64,000 bases of DNA from Ostreococcus lucimarinus. Lineage: Eukaryota. The position numbers were made by a program, and so were the translations under genes. The stretch lies in NCBI GenBank assembly GCA_000092065.1, contig CP000599.1; one strand, given 5' to 3'. Shown here piece after piece: positions 27,501 through 35,890 of this stretch. The notes under the pieces were generated by a model. That model worked only from the letters and a program-made list of their open reading frames with translations. It made no database searches and had not been told where the DNA came from. Position 1 is the first letter of the stretch, and each line of letters begins with the position of its first letter.

Positions 27501-27648
27501 AACGAATGAAATCCGTCTTCGACGCGCGTCGCTTCGCGTCGTCCCGCGGCGCGCTGGGTGTTACCCCGCACACCGTCGCGCGGACGCGCGCGTCGCGCGA
27601 TATTTCGACGCCGAGTCGACGAACGCGTCGTCGACAAAGCTCGGCGTC

Positions 27649-29019
27649 ATGCAGAGCGCCGAAAAACGCCCGCGGTACGCCCTGATCGACTGCGAAGACG
27701 ACGCGAGGTGGCACGGCTTGGCCCAGTGCATCGTCAAACTTTTCGGCCGCGACGACGAAATCTGGCACCACTACCGCGCGTGCGACGGCGAGTTGCCGTC
27801 GAAAGAGATGTTCGCGACGTACGACGGCGTGGTGGTGTCGGGGAGCTCGCACAAGGCGGAGTGGGACACGAACGGGACGCCGCGGTGGACGCGAGCGCTG
27901 GGCGAGTGGCTGCGACGCGCGACGGACGATCGACATCCCGAGTACACGCGCGACGCCGACGGAGGAAAGAAAAAGGTGAAAATATTAGCGATGACGTTCG
28001 CGGGGTACCTGTGCGCGATGGCGAACGGGGGGGCGGTGGGGATGATTCCGAACGGCGGACACGTCGTCGGGGCGACGGCGATGAAGACGACGGAGGCGTG
28101 GCGACGATCGAAAGCGTTCGTCAAGGCGCGGGAGACGTACGGTGAACCGATGGATGGTAAGGGAGAGACGCTGGTGGTGCATCAAAATCGCGCGCAGAGG
28201 ATTGAGCGATTGCCCGAGGGCGCGACGGCGACGACGACGAGCGGAGACGGGGAGATTGAAATGTGGACGACGCGCGATGGACGCTGTTTAGCGTGGCAGC
28301 ACTCGTTCAGCGATGGCGTCGCGAGCGTGTTGTCGCACAAAGTCGAGAGCGGGCTCGAGGCGAGGCGGTCCGAGAAGAGCGCGGCGGCGGCGGGGGACGT
28401 AAAGCCGGATGATTTGCCAAACAACGACGCCGGGTTTCTCATCGGCGTCGCGCGCGCGTTTTTGCGCGACGGCGCGCTCGCGAGCGACGAAGACGAAGAA
28501 TATTTACGCACTCGCCGCCGCGAGGCGCGCGAGACTTTGTCGTGGGCGGCGCGACGGAGAGAGGAAATCATGGCGGCGCGCGCGGCGCGCGGCGCGCGGC
28601 CCGGCGCGGCCAACGCCAAACGCGACGCCGCGAACGATGGTTCGACCGCGCCAGCGATCGTCGAGCGAGAAGAATCCGCGCGCACGCAAGCCATGGCCGC
28701 GCGCGCGTTCACCAAAATCGCCGACACCGTCAACGCCGAGCTCTCGCTCGCCGCGAGCGAGGTTCGATTTCTCCAAAACGCCAACGAAACCGCCGCTCGC
28801 GAGTACGACGCCGTCGGCGAATCCATCGCCGACTTGCACGTCTTCATCGGCGCATTAAAAGCCAAGGACGAGGCGATGAAACCAAAGTTAGACGCGATCT
28901 TAGCCATCGAAGGCGAGGTGGACGCGTTGGAGACGCTCGCGCGCGCCGTCGACAAGCGCGTCTCCGCGCTCGAGCTTCGTCTCAAATCCATCAAGTCCAA
29001 GCGCGCGAGCGCGACGTGA
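27649..29019 (+). CDS. BLOC1S2: Fusion protein: degenerate class-I glutamine-amidotransferase-like domain + BLOC-1/BORC subunit 2 (BLOS2) domain
   Basis: The N-terminal half follows the GATase1 layout (YALIDCEDD...YDGVVVSGSSH...KILAMTFAGYLCAMANGGAV...LAWQHSFS), but the nucleophile Cys and the His of HPE are substituted. The C-terminal roughly 95 aa align without gaps to my recollection of human BLOC1S2 (ELS/TxxxSExxxxLxNxN...Y...L.P.LD.I..IE..V.ALE..A...D....LE..K). Confidence 0.7.
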   Translation: MQSAEKRPRYALIDCEDDARWHGLAQCIVKLFGRDDEIWHHYRACDGELPSKEMFATYDGVVVSGSSHKAEWDTNGTPRWTRALGEWLRRATDDRHPEYTRDADGGKKKVKILAMTFAGYLCAMANGGAVGMIPNGGHVVGATAMKTTEAWRRSKAFVKARETYGEPMDGKGETLVVHQNRAQRIERLPEGATATTTSGDGEIEMWTTRDGRCLAWQHSFSDGVASVLSHKVESGLEARRSEKSAAAAGDVKPDDLPNNDAGFLIGVARAFLRDGALASDEDEEYLRTRRREARETLSWAARRREEIMAARAARGARPGAANAKRDAANDGSTAPAIVEREESARTQAMAARAFTKIADTVNAELSLAASEVRFLQNANETAAREYDAVGESIADLHVFIGALKAKDEAMKPKLDAILAIEGEVDALETLARAVDKRVSALELRLKSIKSKRASAT

Positions 29020-29043
29020 GCGCCGCGCCCGCGCGCGTGCCAT

Positions 29044-29048
29044 TGTAA
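29044..29048 (+). terminator. TGTAA candidate poly(A) signal for the GATase-BLOS2 gene
   Basis: gccattgtaaattatt, 25 nt after the stop. Confidence 0.35.
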
Positions 29049-29160
29049 ATTATTATTTTAAACCAGCGCTCGCTCGCGCGTTAGACGCGTTCCAATCGCC
29101 GCTCGCCTCGTCGAACGCTCGCCTCGCGTCCGCACACCGCGACGCCGCCCATCCCTCGCG

Positions 29161-29526
29161 ATGTCCGATCGCGTCCCCGACGCCCTCGACGCCGTCACGA
29201 ACGAAGATCGTTTCACCGTCGAGCTCGAGTTCGTGCAATCGCTCGCCAATCCGCGCTACGTCCACTTCTTAGCCTCAAAGGGCGTCCTCAGGGATGACAG
29301 ATTCATCGCGTATCTCCGCTATCTGCGCTACTGGGAGCGCCCGGAGTACGCGAAATTCATCCTCTACCCCCACTGCCTGCGGTTTCGAAGGCTCCTGCTC
29401 GACGACGCCTTCCGCGTCGCGATGGAGAACCCGCGAAACGCCGAGCGCGCGTTCAAGGCGCAGTTTGAACGCTGGAGCGCGCGCGGCGCGGCGCCGAGCC
29501 GCGCCGACGCGGACGCGAACGCGTGA
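29161..29526 (+). CDS. MED31: Mediator complex subunit 31 (SOH1)
   Basis: RFTVELEFVQSLANPRYVHFLASKGVLRDDRFIAYLRYLRYWERPEYAKFILYPHCLRFRRLL is the canonical MED31 core. Confidence 0.92.
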   Translation: MSDRVPDALDAVTNEDRFTVELEFVQSLANPRYVHFLASKGVLRDDRFIAYLRYLRYWERPEYAKFILYPHCLRFRRLLLDDAFRVAMENPRNAERAFKAQFERWSARGAAPSRADADANA

Positions 29527-29650
29527 CGGTTCGCGCGATGCGAGCGCGAAAAAGAGGGATTCGCGTCGCCGCGCGTCGACGACGACCCTCGCGCGTCGGC
29601 GCCGCTCGGCGCCGCGTCGCGCGTTGAAATTACACCGCGCGCGGCGCTGA

Positions 29651-29673
29651 TTTAGGGTTTAGGGTTTAGGGTT
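29651..29673 (+). repeat. Interstitial plant-type telomere repeat (TTTAGGG)x3 / tandem telo-boxes
   Basis: tttagggtttagggtttagggtt. It lies 125 nt after the MED31 stop and 38 nt before the ATG at 29711. Confidence 0.95.
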
Positions 29674-29710
29674 CGCCGCGCGTCGACGCCGCACACGCCG
29701 ACGCGGCGCC

Positions 29711-30430
29711 ATGGCGTCCGCGGACGACCCCTCGCGCGCGCGCTTCGGCGCCGCCATGCTCGACGGCTTCGCCGTCGACGTCTCGCACCAGGAGATCGAG
29801 CGCGTCGTCGTCGAGCTCGAGGAACTGTACCGAAGCCAACCGGGCGAGTGGCTGCCGATCGCCGGCATCGGCGACTACCTCGCGCGCGAGCTCGGATACG
29901 AGGACCTGGACGAGTTCGAGGACGCGCTGAAGAGCGATTTCGCCGCCTTCGTCGGGAAACTGCCGCACGTGGTGATCTCGCGCGTGGAGAGCGAACTGAC
30001 GCCGGGGACGTTTCGGGACGTCTTCAAGGTGACGACGCCGGCGGCGACGGGAAAAGCGGCGAAACCGCGCGTCATGCGATTGCGGGTGCGAAACAGAGAG
30101 GATCTGTGGCGAGTGTTCATGAAATCGCCGAACACGGCGCTGGAGATTCCGGAGATTGATTTTTACGTCGGCGGCGACGCGAAGCGCGCGGTGGACTCGG
30201 TGTACAACCACGTCGCGGCGTGCGTGTTCAATCTCGAGACGCACGTCGCGCACATGGCGACGAGCGCGGAAACCGAGGATGAGCGTCGAGGGATCTTGGA
30301 GACGTGCGAGGCGCTGCGAGGGATGTTGGATTTAGAGCGGGAGTTTACGCTCGTCGCGCGAGACGCCGACGGCGCGTGCGCGTTCAAACCGGACGACGGC
30401 GTCGAGATCGAGTACGTCGACGACGCGTGA
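29711..30430 (+). CDS. Hypothetical conserved-looking acidic protein
   Basis: 239-aa ORF with ATG at 29711 and coding-like composition (GEWLPIAGIGDYLARELGYEDLDEFEDALKSDF...). No family recognised. Confidence 0.6.
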   Translation: MASADDPSRARFGAAMLDGFAVDVSHQEIERVVVELEELYRSQPGEWLPIAGIGDYLARELGYEDLDEFEDALKSDFAAFVGKLPHVVISRVESELTPGTFRDVFKVTTPAATGKAAKPRVMRLRVRNREDLWRVFMKSPNTALEIPEIDFYVGGDAKRAVDSVYNHVAACVFNLETHVAHMATSAETEDERRGILETCEALRGMLDLEREFTLVARDADGACAFKPDDGVEIEYVDDA

Positions 30431-30672
30431 TCGAGCGCCGTCCATCGTAAAAAATGTATTAGCGCGCTTGTAACGCCGGCGCACGCTAGCTCGAACCGCG
30501 CGCTTCGATCGCGCGTCCCGTCCCGCGTCCCGAGCGCGTCCCGAGCGCGTCCCCGTCCCGCACACCTCGACGTCTCGCGACGCCGCCGCGACGCGTCGCG
30601 CCGCGACGACGCCGACGTCGACGACGCGCGCGCCGAGCGTCGCGAGACGCGCGAACCGCGCGATCGCGCGCG

Positions 30673-31646
30673 ATGCGTCCGAGCGGTCGACTTTTGCGCG
30701 CCTTCAAGGGGTGGTTGGACACGCGCGCCGTCGTGCGCGTCGCCGGCGCGGACGCCGCGGCGTTTCTGCAGGTGCGCTCGATGTTTACGTATCGCCATCG
30801 TTTCAAAACTGACGCGACGACCAGGGCGCGGTGACGAACGACGTGCGCGCGCTGCGCGAGGGCGGCGACGCGGCGTACTGCGCGACGCTCACGCCGAAGG
30901 GAAAAATCTTCGCCGACGCGTTCGTTCGACTCGCCGGGAGCGAATCGGATGAATTTTTATTGGACGTCGATCGAGAAAAGTCGAGCGAATTTTTGCGCGC
31001 GCTCAGGATGCTGAGCCTGAGGAAACGGGTGACGATCGAGGACGCGAACGAGCATCGCGTCGTCGTCGCGAGCGCGGACGCGGACGTCGGGGATTCGAGC
31101 GCGCGCGCGGTGCGGAGGGACGAGCGATTGGAACAATTAGGGTTTAGGGGTATAGTGCCCGCGTCCGACGCGGCGTGGCGCGACGCGGTGGCGGACGCGC
31201 ACGCGCGAACGCGAATCGCGCTCGGCGTCGCCGAGGGCGCGAGCGAGCTCGCGAACGCGTTACCGCTCGAGTGCAATTTCGACGCTTTGAACGGCGTGAG
31301 TTTCACCAAAGGGTGCTACGTCGGGCAAGAGAACACGGCGAGGCAGCGGTTTCGAGGGGTCGTGCGCAAGCGCATCGCGCCTTTCGTTGCGATCGAACCC
31401 GGCGCGCGCGCGCCGAGCGTCGGGGGAAAAATCGTAAACGAACGCGGCGACGTCGTGGGTGATGTCATCGCGGCGATCGAAGACGAGGACGCGGTCTTGG
31501 GTTTGGTGCGCGCGCGCATGAGTTTCATTCGCGCGCACGTTGCGGGCGAACCAGGGTCGGCGTTTCGAATCGCCGACGGCGCGCGCGTCGGCGTCGAGCC
31601 CCCGAGTTGGTGGCCGACCGAGTGGCTCGACGCCGCCGAGGAGTGA
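30673..31646 (+). CDS. IBA57: Folate-binding YgfZ/IBA57 (CAF17) family Fe-S cluster assembly factor, two exons (30673..30771 and 30825..31646)
   Basis: Exon 1 is MRPSGRLLRAFKGWLDTRAVVRVAGADAAAFLQ. Exon 2 is GAVTNDVRAL...ATLTPKGKI... with the signature FTKGCYVGQENTARQRFRGVVRKR. The joined length is 921 nt. Confidence 0.8.
30772..30824 (+). other. Spliceosomal intron (53 nt) in IBA57-like gene
   Basis: CAG|GTGCGC donor, AAACTGACG branch at 30806-30814, GACCAG acceptor ending at 30824. Confidence 0.75.
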
Positions 31647-31728
31647 AGCGCCGAGGAGGAAAGAGTAGCTGCGTTTATAGAATCGTGCGTGCGCACGAGC
31701 TTTAGGTTTTATCACAAATCATTCGTTC

Positions 31729-32835
31729 TCATTCGTCCTCCTCGTCGTCCACGACCAACGCGCGTTTCTTTCGCTCCTTGGGCGCGCCGACGGCTTCGTC
31801 TTCGTCTTCGTCCAACGAGCCCGCGGCGACGTCCTGTTCCATCGCGCCCGCACCATCGCTACCGGCCGCACCATCGTTCTCCTCGGCCTCTAAGAAATCG
31901 GCGTCCATCCGCGCCGCGCCCCCTTCCGCGTCGACGTCGCCGCCGGCGTCGTCGCGTCGTTCGTAATACGACTCCGTGTACCCGCGATCGTTTCTCCCCC
32001 CCGCCGACCACATCCCCGTCCGCTCGCGGTCTTCCCGCATCATCTTCGCCTGTTTCCTCTCCAACGCCGCGCTCTCCCTCGCCGCGCGCTCTAGCTCCGC
32101 GTCCAACGCCTCCTTCTCTCGCTCCGGATCGACGCGCGACACGTACGCCATCGTCCGCGTCGCCCTCGATCCGTGCTTCTTATCGATCGCCGCCGTCAAC
32201 CTCTTGTGCGTCCGCGAGTCCAACGTCGCGGGATTAAACGTCATCTTTGTCGTCAACCGTCGCTGCGCCTTCATCAACCCTTGTTTCCGCACGTACAAGA
32301 ACGAATCCGCGTCCGCCACCGCCCGTTCGTCGCATCGCAGGTACTCGTCGCCGACGACCAAATGCGTCGTTCCATCGTCCCATCGCACGTAATACGCGTT
32401 ACTCTCCGCCTCACCCGTGCTTTCATTCATCCTCCATCGCACCGTGTTCTCGTTCGAGGTCCTGATGCGCGTGACGCCGTCGACGTCGACGAATTCCTCG
32501 CGTTCGCCGTCGTCTCGATGCGTCGCCGCGTCGAAGGGTTTGGGCTCGGCGCCGAAGATGTTGCTCAATTTCGCAATCTTCGTCTCGTCCTCGATCGTCT
32601 CGCGCCCCGCTTCGGCGCTCGGCAGCTCTAATCGCAACGGTTCGCCCTTCGCTCGCGTCGCCGGGTCGTCCTCGTCGTTTTCCGCGTCGTCCGGGAGCTC
32701 TAAAGACGATTTAAACGTGGATTCGCGCCCGCGATCGTCGCGGTTTTCGAGCGATTCCGTCGCGACGCGGTCTCCGTCGTCGTCGTCTTCGCTGTCGGAA
32801 CCAAAAATGTTCTTCACCAAATCCACGTCCGCCAT
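31729..32835 (-). CDS. LEO1: RNA polymerase II-associated factor LEO1 (Paf1 complex)
   Basis: Leo1 core NTVRWRMNESTGEAESNAYYVRWDDGTTHLVVGDEYL...LTTKMTFNPATLDSRTHKRL, with acidic termini. The start is MADVDLVKNIFGSDSEDDDD at 32835. Upstream ORF sequence overlaps the GNAT gene and is not coding. Confidence 0.85.
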   Translation of the reverse strand: MADVDLVKNIFGSDSEDDDDGDRVATESLENRDDRGRESTFKSSLELPDDAENDEDDPATRAKGEPLRLELPSAEAGRETIEDETKIAKLSNIFGAEPKPFDAATHRDDGEREEFVDVDGVTRIRTSNENTVRWRMNESTGEAESNAYYVRWDDGTTHLVVGDEYLRCDERAVADADSFLYVRKQGLMKAQRRLTTKMTFNPATLDSRTHKRLTAAIDKKHGSRATRTMAYVSRVDPEREKEALDAELERAARESAALERKQAKMMREDRERTGMWSAGGRNDRGYTESYYERRDDAGGDVDAEGGAARMDADFLEAEENDGAAGSDGAGAMEQDVAAGSLDEDEDEAVGAPKERKKRALVVDDEEDE

Positions 32836-33005
32836 GACGACGAGCGAAACCGCGCGAGCGACGCTCCGAGGCGCGATCTGGGGCGATTCCGGGGACGCCG
32901 CGCGGCGACGCGGCGACGCCGCCGCGCGGCGCGCGGCGCGAGCGACGATCTCGCGTCGCAAAACGCGGTTTCGACGTCCGAATAAATGAATAAATTTAAA
33001 TGACG

Positions 33006-33581
33006 CTATTTTACACCGCGCGGCGGCGCTTCGTCTTCGTCGCGATGCCGCGCGCACTCGAACCACGCGTCGCGGCCGTGCGTCACGCTTGACTCGCCCA
33101 AACACCGAAACCCACCGCGACGCTCGTAAAACTCGATCAGCGCGCGCTTGCACAGCAACCTGATCGTCAGCACTTGATCGCGCGCGTCGCCGAAGACGCG
33201 CGCGTCGCGTCGGTCGTCGGCGAAGCCGATCCAGTCGTCGACGTAGCGCCGCAGCGCGGCGCCGCCGAAGCCGCGGCGTCTCGCGCTCGGCGACGCGCAC
33301 ACGCTGTGCACGCACAGCGTCCGCCCGAGCGGGTCGTGATTGGTCATCGTCGCGGCGTCCAGGGCGTCGCGCGCGGTGAGCGTGCCGCAGACGTACGCGA
33401 CGACGGCGCCGTCGAGCGCGGCGACCATGAAGAATTCGCGCGCGTCGGTCGCGCGGGCGCGAAGCGTCGCGGCGGACGCGGCCTCGTCCGCGGGGTAGCT
33501 CGCGGCCTCCATCGCGGCGATGGCGTCGAGATCGGCGTCGTCGACGGCGCGGAACGTCAGGCGGTCGACGTCGGCCGACAT
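33006..33581 (-). CDS. GNAT-family N-acetyltransferase (arylalkylamine N-acetyltransferase-like)
   Basis: EAASYPADEAAS..., LCVHSVCASPSARRRGFGGAALRRYV (acetyl-CoA-binding R/Q-x-x-G-x-G/A) and LIEFYERRGGF. Confidence 0.8.
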   Translation of the reverse strand: MSADVDRLTFRAVDDADLDAIAAMEAASYPADEAASAATLRARATDAREFFMVAALDGAVVAYVCGTLTARDALDAATMTNHDPLGRTLCVHSVCASPSARRRGFGGAALRRYVDDWIGFADDRRDARVFGDARDQVLTIRLLCKRALIEFYERRGGFRCLGESSVTHGRDAWFECARHRDEDEAPPRGVK

Positions 33582-33869
33582 CGCGCGTCGGCGCGTGCGG
33601 CGACTCTTAAGGGTGGGTGTTGTGTCGAGAGGAAAATATCTCGCGCGGCGGCGTCGCGACGGCGCGCGCGGCGACGCGCGCGCGGCGCGGACGGCGTTTT
33701 CGCGTCGCCGCGCGGCCTCGTCCGCGGTTCGGCGTCGTCCGCGTCGCGGAAGGCGCGCTCGGGACGCGCGTCGTCAACATTCGACAAAATTCGACGCGAC
33801 AAACGTCGTTTGGTGTCCCGAGGACGCGCGACGCGCCGACGCGGACGCGAAAGCGCGCCGCGGATCGAC

Positions 33870-34589
33870 ATGCGCGTGTCGACGCGATTTCGAAACTTTG
33901 GCGTCGGCGTGCGCGTGCGCGCGGGACGCGGGCGGGCGTCGGTGCGACGCGCGCGGACGGTGCTGCCGGAGCCGGTTCGCGAGGACGAGGACGAGGACGC
34001 GACGCCGCGAGCGACGAGGACGTCGGCGCGTTCCGAACGCGCGATCGCGTCGATCGAGGACGAGGATTTGGAGCGCGTTGAGTTGGCGTACGAGGTGACG
34101 GTGCCCGCGCGGCGGGTCGACGCGCGGCGCGCGTTTGAAGTCGTGCTGCCGCTGATTTGTCCGCGAGACGCGCGTCAAGCCGAGGAGTGCGTGCGAAGGA
34201 TGTCGTCGATAATCGATTGCGCCGTCGTCGACGACGGCGACGAAGAAACGATCGTGCGACAGACGAGTAAGTGGCGACACTCGGCGCTGATCGCGGGGAA
34301 GTCGGTGACGACGACTAGAATTCGTCGCGACGACGAGACGCTGTCGGTGACGTTCGACGTCGATACGCGCGGATGCGATAATAATTCGTCGACACTGCGG
34401 AAATACGTCGGTTTCACGGACGTGCGCGAGGTATCCGACGACGCGTTGGCGATTCGCATGCACGGCGTGGCGCAAATCGATCGCGCGACGAGCTTCGCGT
34501 CGCGCATGATTCGAGAAGTCATGCTCGGCGCGATGCACAGCCAGATGCGCGCCAGTCTCGTGGATTTGGGACGCGCGCTCAAGGAATGA
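33870..34589 (+). CDS. Hypothetical protein (possible SRPBCC/START-like fold)
   Basis: Start MRVSTRF at 33870 within ORF 33174..34589. The earlier part of that ORF is antisense to the GNAT gene. The body is beta-rich and ends in a terminal helix. No motif-level identification. Confidence 0.5.
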   Translation: MRVSTRFRNFGVGVRVRAGRGRASVRRARTVLPEPVREDEDEDATPRATRTSARSERAIASIEDEDLERVELAYEVTVPARRVDARRAFEVVLPLICPRDARQAEECVRRMSSIIDCAVVDDGDEETIVRQTSKWRHSALIAGKSVTTTRIRRDDETLSVTFDVDTRGCDNNSSTLRKYVGFTDVREVSDDALAIRMHGVAQIDRATSFASRMIREVMLGAMHSQMRASLVDLGRALKE

Positions 34590-34614
34590 GTGCGCTTTCG
34601 CCCGTCTATTACGT

Positions 34615-34619
34615 TTACA
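34615..34619 (-). terminator. TGTAA candidate poly(A) signal for the coiled-coil gene 34638..35765
   Basis: On the minus strand, cattgtaaacg lies 19 nt after the stop. Confidence 0.35.
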
Positions 34620-34637
34620 ATGTTGCCGGCTAATCTT

Positions 34638-35765
34638 CTATTTTTGTGACTTTTTCGAGAGGAAGTCGGCGTAGAGCGCGTTCTTCTCCTTCTCCATCGC
34701 CGCGAGCGCGGCGACCGCTCGCGTCTCGCGCGCCTCGGCGAGTTCCAGCTCCGCGCGCGCGTGCTCTGACGCCGCTTTGAACTCAAACTTAGCCTTGGAC
34801 TCTGAAATCAGCGCGCTCTGACTCTTTTGCAAATCATCCAACGCGCGCTCGACGCGAGACTTCAACGCGCGCTCCGCCTTGAAGCCGTCGTCGCGCGCGT
34901 CCTCCGCGCGCCGCTCCAAATCGACGACGCGCTGCGACAGCTCGCCGTTCCGACGCAACTCCTCGCGATGACTCGCGCGCGCCCGCTCCGCCATCGATTT
35001 CATCTGCGCGTTCGCGTCGTACAACGCGCGCACTTTTCCCCGCAGCTCGCCGTTCTCGCGCTCCAACCGCGTCGTCCGCTCCCGCTCCACCTTCAACGCG
35101 TCGTCGAGTCGAGCGTTCGCTCGCGACGTCTCCGCCTCATCATTCGCCTCCTCGGACCTCTTCTCGCGCGTCCTCATTCGCTCGCGTTCCATCGCCAGCT
35201 CCGTCGTCTCCAACGCCTCGATCAACTCCGACACCCGCGCCTCGCATCGCGCCTCGACCGCCTTCTTTTCCTTCGCCCGCGCCGACGCCGTCGCGCGTTC
35301 GAATTCCATTCGCATTCGTCGTTCCTCGCGATATTTCAGCGCCCACGTCTCGCTCTTCGCGCGCCACGCGTCCTCGCCCGCGGCGACGCTCCGCAGCGCC
35401 TCGCACGCGTCCGCCGCGGCGTCCCGCTCGGCGTTCGCGCGCGTCTCCGCTTCGTCGCGCCGTCGCGTCGCGTCGTCCCGCTCGAGCGCGGCGTCGCGTG
35501 ACTCGGACAGCGCCGCATCGCGCTCGTCTTCGGCGCGTCGGAGCGCCTCGCGCAGCGCCGCGACCTCGCGCTCGCGGCGCGCGAGCGAGAGGGACAAGGT
35601 GTTGGCGTCGTTTTCGCGCGCGCTCGCGTCGACGAACGCGCGGAGGGGGGCGTCGAGGTCGACGACCGGTTTCTGGGCGCGCGTGGGCGCGACGTCGCGG
35701 TCGACGGCGTCGAGGACGTCGAGGAGACCTCGCGCGCGAAGGGCGAGGTCGCGCGCGCGAGACAT
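34638..35765 (-). CDS. Hypothetical coiled-coil protein
   Basis: 375-aa ORF with ATG at 35765. It is continuously heptad-like Glu/Arg/Ala/Leu sequence. A TGTAA lies 19 nt past the stop. Confidence 0.6.
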   Translation of the reverse strand: MSRARDLALRARGLLDVLDAVDRDVAPTRAQKPVVDLDAPLRAFVDASARENDANTLSLSLARREREVAALREALRRAEDERDAALSESRDAALERDDATRRRDEAETRANAERDAAADACEALRSVAAGEDAWRAKSETWALKYREERRMRMEFERATASARAKEKKAVEARCEARVSELIEALETTELAMERERMRTREKRSEEANDEAETSRANARLDDALKVERERTTRLERENGELRGKVRALYDANAQMKSMAERARASHREELRRNGELSQRVVDLERRAEDARDDGFKAERALKSRVERALDDLQKSQSALISESKAKFEFKAASEHARAELELAEARETRAVAALAAMEKEKNALYADFLSKKSQK

Positions 35766-35890
35766 GGCGACCGCGCGCGAGGCGCGATGTGACGTCGACG
35801 AATCGATGGATTGATACGATGTTGATGTGAAAAAGAGCTATGCCGTCGAGGCGGCGGATTGATTTTAATGTACTCGAGGGCGGCGTCGGA

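Noticed and set aside
29651-29673. True telomere or chromosome end.
   Set aside because: There are only three repeat units, and ordinary genes sit immediately on both sides. It is an interstitial array.
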